12,316 nt of DNA from a virus (taxonomy: Duplodnaviria > Heunggongvirae > Uroviricota > Caudoviricetes), in IMG/VR virus record IMGVR_UViG_2563366829_000021, positions 1 to 12,316 of that record. One strand, written 5' to 3'. The position numbers and the translations under genes were made by a program. Shown here piece by piece: positions 6,127-12,316 of this stretch. Position 1 is the first letter of the stretch, and the number at the start of each line of letters is the position of its first letter. Below the pieces are notes generated by a model. It had not been told where the DNA came from. It did no database searches and was given only the letters and a program-made list of their open reading frames with translations.

Positions 6127-6711
6127 ATGAAAAGTATCCAGGACGTCCGCAGGCAAAATCTCAACGACTTGATCGACCGTGAATTCAATGGTGTTCAGAC
6201 GCGGATGGCAGAAAAACTTGGAACTCAGGCAAATCTGGTAAACCGCTGGGCTCTTGGCAAGAAGGTTATCGGCGACCAGGTTGCGCGAAAAATTGAAGCT
6301 GCCGCCAATAAACCCCGTAACTGGCTTGATATCGATCGCTCGCTTTCTCAGGAAGGTTTTCAGCCTGTCGGCCCAAGCGACATTGGTCAGCTGGCGGCTC
6401 ACAACCTGGAACGCTGGATGAGCGAAAGCCGCGACCTTTCAACGCAGGGAAAACTTCACCGCGCATCCGGCGTCGCCCAGGTGACAATCAGTCGCCTGTT
6501 AAACAATGAGGTCAGCGTTTCCATTTCCACCCTGGAGAATGTTGCATCCGCATTCGGGCGTCACGGATATGAACTACTGATTCACCCGCACGACCCTGCG
6601 ACTATCAACTATGACCGCTCACGCTACGCATTGTTACCCGAAACCGAGAAAGCAAAGATCGAAAGTTACATTGAATTTGTCATCAACCAGAACGAAAAAA
6701 GCAAACAATAA
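6127..6711 (+). CDS. Prophage repressor (CI-equivalent) with two tandem XRE-type HTH domains and no recognisable S24 peptidase domain
   Basis: 194 aa. HTH-like segment 1 around residues 10-70 (NLNDLIDREFNGVQTRMAEKLGTQANLVNRWALGKKVIGDQVARKIEAAANKPRNWL); HTH-like segment 2 around residues 95-150 (LSTQGKLHRASGVAQVTISRLLNNEVSVSISTLENVASAFG). The C-terminus shows no LexA-type Ala-Gly/Ser/Lys pattern. Followed by a strong terminator. Confidence 0.7.
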   Translation: MKSIQDVRRQNLNDLIDREFNGVQTRMAEKLGTQANLVNRWALGKKVIGDQVARKIEAAANKPRNWLDIDRSLSQEGFQPVGPSDIGQLAAHNLERWMSESRDLSTQGKLHRASGVAQVTISRLLNNEVSVSISTLENVASAFGRHGYELLIHPHDPATINYDRSRYALLPETEKAKIESYIEFVINQNEKSKQ

Positions 6712-6731
6712 AACTATAGTTTTCAGTAAGT

Positions 6732-6757
6732 AAGCCGCCTCATGGCGGCTTTTTTAT
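6732..6757 (+). terminator. Rho-independent terminator after the repressor gene
   Basis: Stem AAGCCGCC (6732-6739) / GGCGGCTT (6744-6751) with loop TCAT, followed by TTTTTATT. No U-tract in the opposite orientation. Confidence 0.7.
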
Positions 6758-6767
6758 TGCCAGATAG

Positions 6768-6846
6768 ATTACCTTACGGGTAATTTTTTTAACTCATATC
6801 TATTGACACCAAACCAAATAAGCATAATTATTACCCCAACGGTAAC
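6768..6846 (+). promoter_or_regulatory. PL-like early promoter with two operator palindromes: ATTACC-TTACG-GGTAAT (6768-6784) and ATTACC-CCAAC-GGTAAC (6830-6846); -35 TTGACA (6803-6808), 17-bp spacer, -10 AATTAT (6826-6831)
   Basis: Consensus -35 hexamer; upstream operator centred about 30 bp upstream of the -35; downstream operator overlaps the last 2 nt of the -10 and the predicted start site. Confidence 0.6.
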
Positions 6847-6864
6847 AGACCGAGGTAACAAGTT

Positions 6865-7017
6865 ATGCAGTGGAAAATCATCAACGGTTGGTACTGCGTT
6901 ACTGCATGCGGATTCATGAGCTGGAAGTTCCGCACCTTACAGGAAGGCATTAAGTGGGCTTTCGTCAGCAAAGAAGCTCGCGATGTAGCCAACGATAACG
7001 AGATATGGGAGGGCTGA
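6865..7017 (+). CDS. Small hypothetical protein (50 aa), first ORF of the rightward early operon
   Basis: Not in the ORF track (under 60 aa). ATG 6865 with GAGG 9 nt upstream; translation MQWKIINGWYCVTACGFMSWKFRTLQEGIKWAFVSKEARDVANDNEIWEG; stop 2 nt before the next ATG. Not Arg-rich, so not obviously N-like. Confidence 0.4.
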   Translation: MQWKIINGWYCVTACGFMSWKFRTLQEGIKWAFVSKEARDVANDNEIWEG

Positions 7018-7019
7018 TA

Positions 7020-7319
7020 ATGAACGTTAATCAGCAGAAAAATCTTCAAAAAATCATGCTGGCATTCGACAAGGACTACCGCCTGTCAGAACAGCTATAT
7101 GACCGACAAGTTGAACTGATTGAGAGCATCCGACTTCATCAACTGTCCTCAACTTTCGACGTTGTAACAGGCAAAGGCGTTCGTCAGGAAGTGCTGGAGG
7201 CTGCTAAAGACAGCCCTGAGTTCGAAGAACTGATGGATGCCTACCGGCGCGAGGCAATGGCAATTATAGCGCGCTGGGATCTGGCGGATCAGCTTGATGG
7301 ACAGAGGGACGCGGCATGA
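7020..7319 (+). CDS. Hypothetical early protein (99 aa)
   Basis: Internal ATG 7020 preceded by GGGAGGG; ATGA stop/start overlap with the exonuclease gene. No family recognised. Confidence 0.55.
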   Translation: MNVNQQKNLQKIMLAFDKDYRLSEQLYDRQVELIESIRLHQLSSTFDVVTGKGVRQEVLEAAKDSPEFEELMDAYRREAMAIIARWDLADQLDGQRDAA

Positions 7320-8137
7320 AACCGGGAATTTATTTCGACATCAGCAACGAAGACTACCACGCCGGTGACGGCGTGAGTAAGTCGCAACTGGACATGGTTG
7401 CCAAGAATCCGGCGCTTCTTAAATGGGTTCAGGCAGCACCAGAAGACGAAGAGAAAAAGTCTGCACTGGATATGGGAACCGCATTGCACTGTCTGCTTCT
7501 GGAGCCTGGAGAATTCGACAAACGCTTCATTGTTTCACCGAAGTTCGATCGTCGGACGAAACAAGGTAAAGCTGACGAAGAAGCATTTCTTCGTGATGTA
7601 GCGGATATGGGGATTACGGTACTTGATGCCGAGCAGTGGCGGAAACTGGAGCTGATGCGTGATAGCGCAATGGCTCACCCGGCGGCACGCTGGATGCTGG
7701 AAGCACCTGGTTACTGCGAAGCATCAATGTACTGGAACGATGAAGAGACGGGTGAGTTGTGCCGAATTCGTCCAGACAAATGGCTGAACGAGCACAACGT
7801 GATCGTCGACGTGAAAAAGGTTGCAGATATGGACCGTTTTGCACGTCACATCGAGGAATTCCGCTACCACGTGCAGGACGCAATGTACCGCGAAGGCGCA
7901 ATGAGGGTTACTGGTCAGCCGCATGGTTTTTTCTTTCTTGCCGTGAGCGAAAGCATTGATTGTGGTCGGTATCCGGTACGCGTGTTCGGGCTGGATGCGC
8001 CGGATGTCGATGCCGGGCACGCTCTGTTCCGCCGGGATCTGAATACCTATCACGAATGCCGCATCAGCGATGAATGGGGCGGCGTGGAAATTATTAAACG
8101 CCCTGAGTGGGCACGCAAACAGGATATGTACGTATGA
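7316..8137 (+). CDS. PD-(D/E)XK-family exonuclease (RecB/Cas4-like core), recombination partner of RecT
   Basis: 273 aa. Motifs RIRPD ... IVDVKKV (D/E-x-K) and YHVQDAMY (QxxxY) are typical of RecB-family nuclease cores. Sits immediately upstream of, and translationally coupled (ATGA) to, a RecT/Bet gene. Confidence 0.7.
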   Translation: MKPGIYFDISNEDYHAGDGVSKSQLDMVAKNPALLKWVQAAPEDEEKKSALDMGTALHCLLLEPGEFDKRFIVSPKFDRRTKQGKADEEAFLRDVADMGITVLDAEQWRKLELMRDSAMAHPAARWMLEAPGYCEASMYWNDEETGELCRIRPDKWLNEHNVIVDVKKVADMDRFARHIEEFRYHVQDAMYREGAMRVTGQPHGFFFLAVSESIDCGRYPVRVFGLDAPDVDAGHALFRRDLNTYHECRISDEWGGVEIIKRPEWARKQDMYV

Positions 8138-9051
8138 GCAACGAAATTGCAATCACCAATGATGTGTTGGCTATTCGGGGAATCGATGAAGTTACATGGA
8201 GCGCTCTGAAAAACAGTATTTACCCTGGGGCAAAAGATGAATCGGTAATGATGGCAGTCGATTACTGCCGGGCGCGTCAACTCGATCCTCTTCTTAAGCC
8301 GGTACACCTGGTACCAATGAGTGTTAAAGACTCGAAGAGTGGAAAGAATGAATGGCGCGACGTGGTCATGCCTGGCATTGGACTTTATCGCATTCAGGCC
8401 TACCGTTCCGGCGATTACGCAGGCGCTAATGAACCTGAGTTCGGTCCAGATGTAACACAAACGCTTTCAGGCGTGGAGGTTACCTTCCCTCAGTGGTGTA
8501 AGTACACCGTCAGCAAGCGAATGGCAAGCGGGGAAATCGTAGAGTTTAGCGCCAAAGAATACTGGATTGAGAACTATGCAACTGGGGGGCGTGACACATC
8601 GGCACCAAATGCCATGTGGAAAAAGCGCCCTTATGCGCAGTTGGCAAAATGCGCAGAGGCACAGGCATTACGTAAAGCATGGCCGGAGATTGGTCAACAA
8701 GCCACAGCTGAGGAAATGGAAGGTAAATATATCGACTCACCTGACATTATTGAACGTGACGTAACTCCAAGAAGTCAGGCAAAGCACGGCACAGCATCCA
8801 GCATGAACAGTCTGATCAACGCTAAACCAGTGAAAAAGCATGATGAGCAAACGCGTAAAGCGGATAGCCGTGATCCAGAAGAAATGCTGATGGCCTTTAC
8901 CAGCGCAGCGATGAATTACAGCACTGTCTCCGAACTGGATAAGGCTTACAAATACATTGCACAAAAACTTTCAGATGATGACGAACTGCTGGCAAAAGCC
9001 ACCGACGTTTACAGCGTTCGTCGGGAAGAATTAAACGAAACATCTATGTAA
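8134..9051 (+). CDS. RecT/Bet-family single-strand annealing protein
   Basis: 305 aa from ATG 8134. Layout and segments (ALKNSIYPGAKDESVMMAVDYCRARQLDPLLKPVHLVP; WKKRPYAQLAKCAEAQALRKAWPE) parallel lambda Bet / RecT as I recall them. Confidence 0.8.
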   Translation: MSNEIAITNDVLAIRGIDEVTWSALKNSIYPGAKDESVMMAVDYCRARQLDPLLKPVHLVPMSVKDSKSGKNEWRDVVMPGIGLYRIQAYRSGDYAGANEPEFGPDVTQTLSGVEVTFPQWCKYTVSKRMASGEIVEFSAKEYWIENYATGGRDTSAPNAMWKKRPYAQLAKCAEAQALRKAWPEIGQQATAEEMEGKYIDSPDIIERDVTPRSQAKHGTASSMNSLINAKPVKKHDEQTRKADSRDPEEMLMAFTSAAMNYSTVSELDKAYKYIAQKLSDDDELLAKATDVYSVRREELNETSM

Positions 9052-9100
9052 CCACCACCGCGGCGCCACGCGCGCCGCACTGCAACCAAGAGAGGTATTT

Positions 9101-9349
9101 ATGAAAGGTGCATTAGGTAAGAAGGAACTCCTGGCGGTGGTGCCACTGTCATGGAGCACTATCGACCGTATGGAGCGCGCAGGGGAATTTCCTAAACGCT
9201 GGTATATCACCGATAAACGCTGCGCATGGAACCGTGACGAAGTTGAGCGTTGGCTTGATGAACGTCAGGCAGCAAGCCCGGCAGAGTTCCAGGGTAAAAA
9301 GCCTCCTGTTCAGCAACGTGTATATCGTCCTGTGAGCAACGCTGCATGA
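9101..9349 (+). CDS. AlpA-family phage transcriptional regulator / excisionase (Xis-like)
   Basis: 82 aa; LSWSTIDRMERAGEFPKRWYITDKRCAWNRDEVERWLDER matches the AlpA-type HTH pattern (STI-R...GEFPK...W...EVE.WL.ER). GAGG SD 5 nt upstream of the ATG. Confidence 0.75.
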   Translation: MKGALGKKELLAVVPLSWSTIDRMERAGEFPKRWYITDKRCAWNRDEVERWLDERQAASPAEFQGKKPPVQQRVYRPVSNAA

Positions 9350-9374
9350 GTGCGCTGCTAAGGCACTGGAGCAA

Positions 9375-9458
9375 ATGGTCAGGATGGTACTTATTCCTGG
9401 CCTCTGTTTCAGCATGGCTTTATCTGCTGGCATTAATTTTCAGAGAGGGTTGGATTAA
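9375..9458 (+). CDS. Possible 27-aa hydrophobic micro-peptide (MVRMVLIPGLCFSMALSAGINFQRGLD)
   Basis: Short ORF not in the track; GGAG 3-4 nt upstream of the ATG (short spacing); ends exactly where the next ORF starts. Speculative. Confidence 0.2.
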   Translation: MVRMVLIPGLCFSMALSAGINFQRGLD

Positions 9459-9758
9459 GTGAGAAAGTTAAGCCGACTTGAAAAATATCACATGAATAAG
9501 GTTTCAATGCGCAGTCCGTCAAAGATTGTCGCCGTTACTCCTGCGGCGATAGAGATCGAAAAACGCGCGATTGAAAGAGAGAAAAAAGGGCAATTCCGCA
9601 TTGCCGCTCACCTTTGGCTTCAGTGTATGGATGTTGCTTCTGGTGATGTTGAACGTGCAAGGATCGCGGTTCGCAGGGACCAATGTATCACAAAAGGTAA
9701 CGGCCTTCGCCGTGGCGACTATAGCGGCATAGGATGTTGTGGGGTGGTTTATGACTAA
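9459..9758 (+). CDS. Hypothetical protein (99 aa, GTG start)
   Basis: ORF co-oriented with the operon; GAGGG about 10 nt upstream of GTG 9459; 3' end overlaps the methyltransferase start by 8 nt. No family recognised. Confidence 0.4.
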   Translation: MRKLSRLEKYHMNKVSMRSPSKIVAVTPAAIEIEKRAIEREKKGQFRIAAHLWLQCMDVASGDVERARIAVRRDQCITKGNGLRRGDYSGIGCCGVVYD

Positions 9759-10401
9759 GAAATACACACTAATCTATGCAGATCCACCCTGGGTATACCG
9801 GGACAAAGCCGCAGATGGTAATCGCGGTGCCGGTTTTAAATATCCAGTTATGAGTGTGCTGGATATCTGCCGCCTTCCTGTGTGGGATTTTACCGCTGAA
9901 AACTGTCTGTTGGCCATGTGGTGGGTGCCAACACAACCACTCGAAGCACTAAAAGTTGTTGAAGCCTGGGTATTTCGTCTGATGACGATGAAGGGCTTCA
10001 CGTGGATAAAATGTGGTAGTCGACAACCAGATAAACTGGTTATGGGTATGGGACACATGACTCGCGCCAATAGTGAAGATTGCCTGTTTGCGGTAAAGGG
10101 AAAACTACCTACGCGCATTAATGCAGGGATCGTTCAGTCATTTACCGCACCGCGGCTTGAGCACTCAAGAAAACCAGATATCGTTCGTGAAAAACTTGTG
10201 CAATTGTTAGGCGATGTTTCTCGCATTGAACTGTTCGCCCGCCAGACGTCTCATGGCTTCGATGTTTGGGGTAATCAGTGCGAAGACCCGGCAGTGCAAC
10301 TACACCCTGGATACGCGTTGGATATTGGCGGATTAACAAATGCATTCAGCAATGCTCAGGTGTCACCAATAGACAACCAGGGGCGGGAGCGTGCAGCATG
10401 A
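9751..10401 (+). CDS. MT-A70-family DNA N6-adenine methyltransferase (DPPW motif), orphan
   Basis: N-terminal [14 protein letters not shown] contains the catalytic DPPW tetrad. Start at ATG 9751 (GTG 9739 is an in-frame alternative). Stop overlaps the phosphatase start (ATGA). No restriction endonuclease partner seen in the window. Confidence 0.8.
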   Translation: MTKKYTLIYADPPWVYRDKAADGNRGAGFKYPVMSVLDICRLPVWDFTAENCLLAMWWVPTQPLEALKVVEAWVFRLMTMKGFTWIKCGSRQPDKLVMGMGHMTRANSEDCLFAVKGKLPTRINAGIVQSFTAPRLEHSRKPDIVREKLVQLLGDVSRIELFARQTSHGFDVWGNQCEDPAVQLHPGYALDIGGLTNAFSNAQVSPIDNQGRERAA

Positions 10402-11057
10402 ACCTATATCAACGCATCAATGGCGCTGACTGGTGCAATATCTTCGTCGTCGGCGATCTGCATGGGTGCTACACGCTGCTGATGAACGAACTCGACAAAG
10501 TTTCATTCGACCCGGCGCGCGATTTACTTATTTCCGTTGGTGACCTTGTTGACCGCGGCGCTGAAAACGTCGAATGCCTGGATTTGATTACTATGCCGTG
10601 GTTCCGAGCTGTTCGTGGCAACCATGAGCAGATGATGCTGGATGCACTGGTCAACGGCGGAAGTTTCGGACATTGGATGTCAAACGGCGGTGGATGGTGG
10701 CACCAACTTGATTCTGAGCAGGATGTGCAACTCAAATACCTTCTGCCAAAGATTACCAACCTCCCGATGATTATCGAACTGGTTACCGGCAATAAGAAGG
10801 TCGTCATCTGTCACGCAGACTACCCGCACAACGAATACGCATTCGATAAGCCAGTACCAGAAGAAATGGTGATATGGAATCGTGAGCGGGTTAGCGACGC
10901 GCAGGACGGTATTGTCTCGGAGATAACCGGTGCCGATTTGTTCATCTTCGGTCATACGCCAGCACATCACCCACTGGTGTATGCAAACCAGATGTACATC
11001 GACACCGGCGCAGTGTTCTGCGGAAATCTGACGCTTACCAAAGTCCAGGAAGGATAG
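10398..11057 (+). CDS. Ser/Thr protein phosphatase, lambda-PPase-like (calcineurin-like metallophosphoesterase)
   Basis: 219 aa from ATG 10398 with PPP-family motifs GDLHG, GDLVDRG, GNHE and a C-terminal GH. The ORF-track version carries an upstream extension that I reject. Confidence 0.85.
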   Translation: MNLYQRINGADWCNIFVVGDLHGCYTLLMNELDKVSFDPARDLLISVGDLVDRGAENVECLDLITMPWFRAVRGNHEQMMLDALVNGGSFGHWMSNGGGWWHQLDSEQDVQLKYLLPKITNLPMIIELVTGNKKVVICHADYPHNEYAFDKPVPEEMVIWNRERVSDAQDGIVSEITGADLFIFGHTPAHHPLVYANQMYIDTGAVFCGNLTLTKVQEG

Positions 11058-11059
11058 AA

Positions 11060-12316
11060 TTATTTATTACTGTCTTCCATCCACCTCTCAAACTTCGACG
11101 GGGAGAACGGAATCAGATCCGTATGCTCCCCGTCAATCCATGAATCAATCATATCGGCCCACTGCTGCAACATGTAGGCGCGCTGTCTGGCGTATTCCGC
11201 TTTGTTATATACGGCGCGCACACCTTTCTGCTCATGTGCCAGAGCCTTTTCAATCCAGTCTGAAGGATAACCAGCCTCATGCAACAACGTACTGGCTGTA
11301 CGGCGCATATCGTGTACGGTGAAGCCCTGAATATGCTCACCATCTTCATTTATTATTTTCACCGTTCTGTCGATCAGAGAGTTCAGCGCGGCATTAGATA
11401 ATGGCTTCCGGAAATTGTAACGACCAGGAACCAGATATTCACTTCCACCAGCGCACATCTGCAACCCAACCAATATATCCTGTGCCTGTTTAGGCAGGTA
11501 AATAACGTGCGCCCGGCTTCCCTTCATGCGGTCTGAAGGAATTGTCCATGTCCATTTTTTAAAATCTATTTCATCCCACGTTGCATTGGTGAATTCGCCT
11601 TTACGAACCATAGTGATAAGCACCAGCTTTAAAGCCATTTTCATAGTGCCCATAGCACCAATGGCATCCAGCGTGCGGAAGAACAGGCCAATTTCTTCTG
11701 GTGTCAGTGTTCGCTCTCGTGGTTTAAATATGGCGATAGACGAAGGTTTAATGTCAGCCGCAGGATTAAACAAACCATGACCACGGTCATTGGCGTGACG
11801 GTATACGCTGCTGATGCTCTCCCTGGCCTGTACTGCTGTTGCCCGACCACCGCGTTCGACAATCCGGTCACACAAATCACGAACCATCGATGTGGTAATT
11901 TCAGCCATCATTTTGTTACCAAGAACAGGAAGTATGTCACGGTCGATCACCGCCTGCTTCATTGCGCGGGTACTGTCAGCCAGGATGACGTGTTTCATAT
12001 AACTGTCGGTATGTACCGCAAACGTCTCGGCACCACGAATCTTTTTGATACCGTCACGTTTAGCCGCAGCCGGTGACTGGCCTGCTTTAAGCAGCTTCTT
12101 TGCAGCAATCAGTTCTTCTCGCGCTTCTGCCAGGCTGATACCGTCACGCCCATACTGCCCGATTACCAGTGTTTCGCGGCGACCGTTGATACGGTAGTCA
12201 TAGCGAAACGAGACCGTGCCTGACGTAAGCACAGCTACATACAGCCCGTCACGATCGGAGACCTTGTACAGTTTGTCCTGCGGCTTGAGGTTTTTTAATT
12301 TTGTATCGGTAAGCAC
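11060..12316 (-). CDS. Tyrosine recombinase / phage integrase, P4-like family with N-terminal DUF4102 arm-binding domain; first codon (GTG) sits at the window edge
   Basis: 418 aa. N-terminal LTDTKLKNLKPQDKLYKVSDRDGLYVAVLTSG is typical of P4-like integrases; C-terminal catalytic region includes HDMRRT and LAHEQKGVRAVY (candidate catalytic Tyr). Convergent with the phosphatase gene with a 2-nt gap. Confidence 0.9.
   Translation of the reverse strand: MLTDTKLKNLKPQDKLYKVSDRDGLYVAVLTSGTVSFRYDYRINGRRETLVIGQYGRDGISLAEAREELIAAKKLLKAGQSPAAAKRDGIKKIRGAETFAVHTDSYMKHVILADSTRAMKQAVIDRDILPVLGNKMMAEITTSMVRDLCDRIVERGGRATAVQARESISSVYRHANDRGHGLFNPAADIKPSSIAIFKPRERTLTPEEIGLFFRTLDAIGAMGTMKMALKLVLITMVRKGEFTNATWDEIDFKKWTWTIPSDRMKGSRAHVIYLPKQAQDILVGLQMCAGGSEYLVPGRYNFRKPLSNAALNSLIDRTVKIINEDGEHIQGFTVHDMRRTASTLLHEAGYPSDWIEKALAHEQKGVRAVYNKAEYARQRAYMLQQWADMIDSWIDGEHTDLIPFSPSKFERWMEDSNK

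Larger units (their letters stand above)
1..12316. mobile_element. Lambdoid-type prophage segment (packaging edge, nin/ea-like accessory genes, replication, immunity switch, recombination, excision, integrase); both ends lie outside the window
   Basis: Gene content and order: terminase small subunit, P-like and O-like replication genes with iterons, Cro/repressor divergent pair with operators, exonuclease+RecT, AlpA-type Xis, P4-like integrase. No att site or flanking host gene recognised. Confidence 0.85.

Noticed and set aside
6127-6711. Looked for a LexA/S24 autocleavage domain (Ala-Gly site, Ser/Lys dyad) in the repressor
   Set aside because: No such pattern is visible in the C-terminal half; the region looks like a second HTH instead. 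Recorded as a finding rather than annotating a peptidase domain.
7614-8460. Minus-strand ORFs 7614..7901, 7724..8152, 8050..8460, 8546..8740, 8737..8964 inside the exonuclease and recT genes
   Set aside because: Antisense to well-supported, translationally coupled plus-strand genes; no start signals and no recognisable domains.
9149-9767. Minus-strand ORFs 9149..9433 and 9519..9767
   Set aside because: They oppose the operon polarity, and 9149..9433 overlaps the well-supported AlpA-type gene. The plus-strand alternative (9459..9758) is preferred for the second region, though with low confidence.
10278-10397. N-terminal extension of the phosphatase ORF in the track (start at 10278)
   Set aside because: It would overlap the methyltransferase by 120 nt in another frame. 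The conserved phosphatase N-terminus with GDLHG begins at ATG 10398, which overlaps the methyltransferase stop in a typical ATGA coupling arrangement.
11445-11452. Chi site (GCTGGTGG on the minus strand)
   Set aside because: A single 8-mer occurrence is about what chance predicts in 12 kb of E. coli-like sequence, and it is inside the integrase coding region. No basis to call it functional.
11140-12076. Plus-strand ORFs 11140..11322, 11526..11780, 11777..12076, 11814..12002 and minus 11149..11349
   Set aside because: All lie inside the integrase coding region in other frames; the integrase call is strongly supported.
1-12316. Searched by eye for CRISPR repeats, tRNA or rRNA genes, att core repeats and insertion-sequence inverted repeats
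   Set aside because: No regularly spaced repeat array, no tRNA-like or rRNA-like segments, and no terminal inverted repeats flanking a transposase-like ORF were seen. The only periodic repeats are the iterons inside the O-like gene.

Overview
The window reads as the early/immunity and recombination region of an integrated lambdoid-type prophage, bounded on the right by a P4-like tyrosine integrase (minus strand, reaching the window edge) and on the left by a partial terminase small-subunit gene. A central immunity switch has a Cro-like gene (5742..5972, minus) divergent from a 194-aa repressor (6127..6711, plus) that appears to carry two HTH domains. The leftward operon runs Cro-like, small Cys/His protein, O-like initiator with an internal iteron array, lambda-P-like helicase loader, then a nin/ea-like accessory block (DUF1064-like, Ead/Ea22-like, DUF551, ASCH-like, small Cys-rich proteins), a terminator and the terminase small subunit. 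The rightward operon runs from a PL-like promoter through two small ORFs, a PD-(D/E)XK exonuclease, a RecT/Bet annealing protein, an AlpA-type excisionase, an unknown ORF, an MT-A70 adenine methyltransferase and a lambda-type Ser/Thr phosphatase, ending convergent with the integrase. The most notable signal is a 17-bp palindrome (ATTACC-N5-GGTAAT) at three separate promoter regions with a repeated promoter-operator geometry, including one promoter inside the early operon just downstream of the P-like gene. No rRNA, tRNA, CRISPR array or att site was recognised in the window. All protein calls rest on my reading of the translated ORFs and recalled family motifs; no database search was run.
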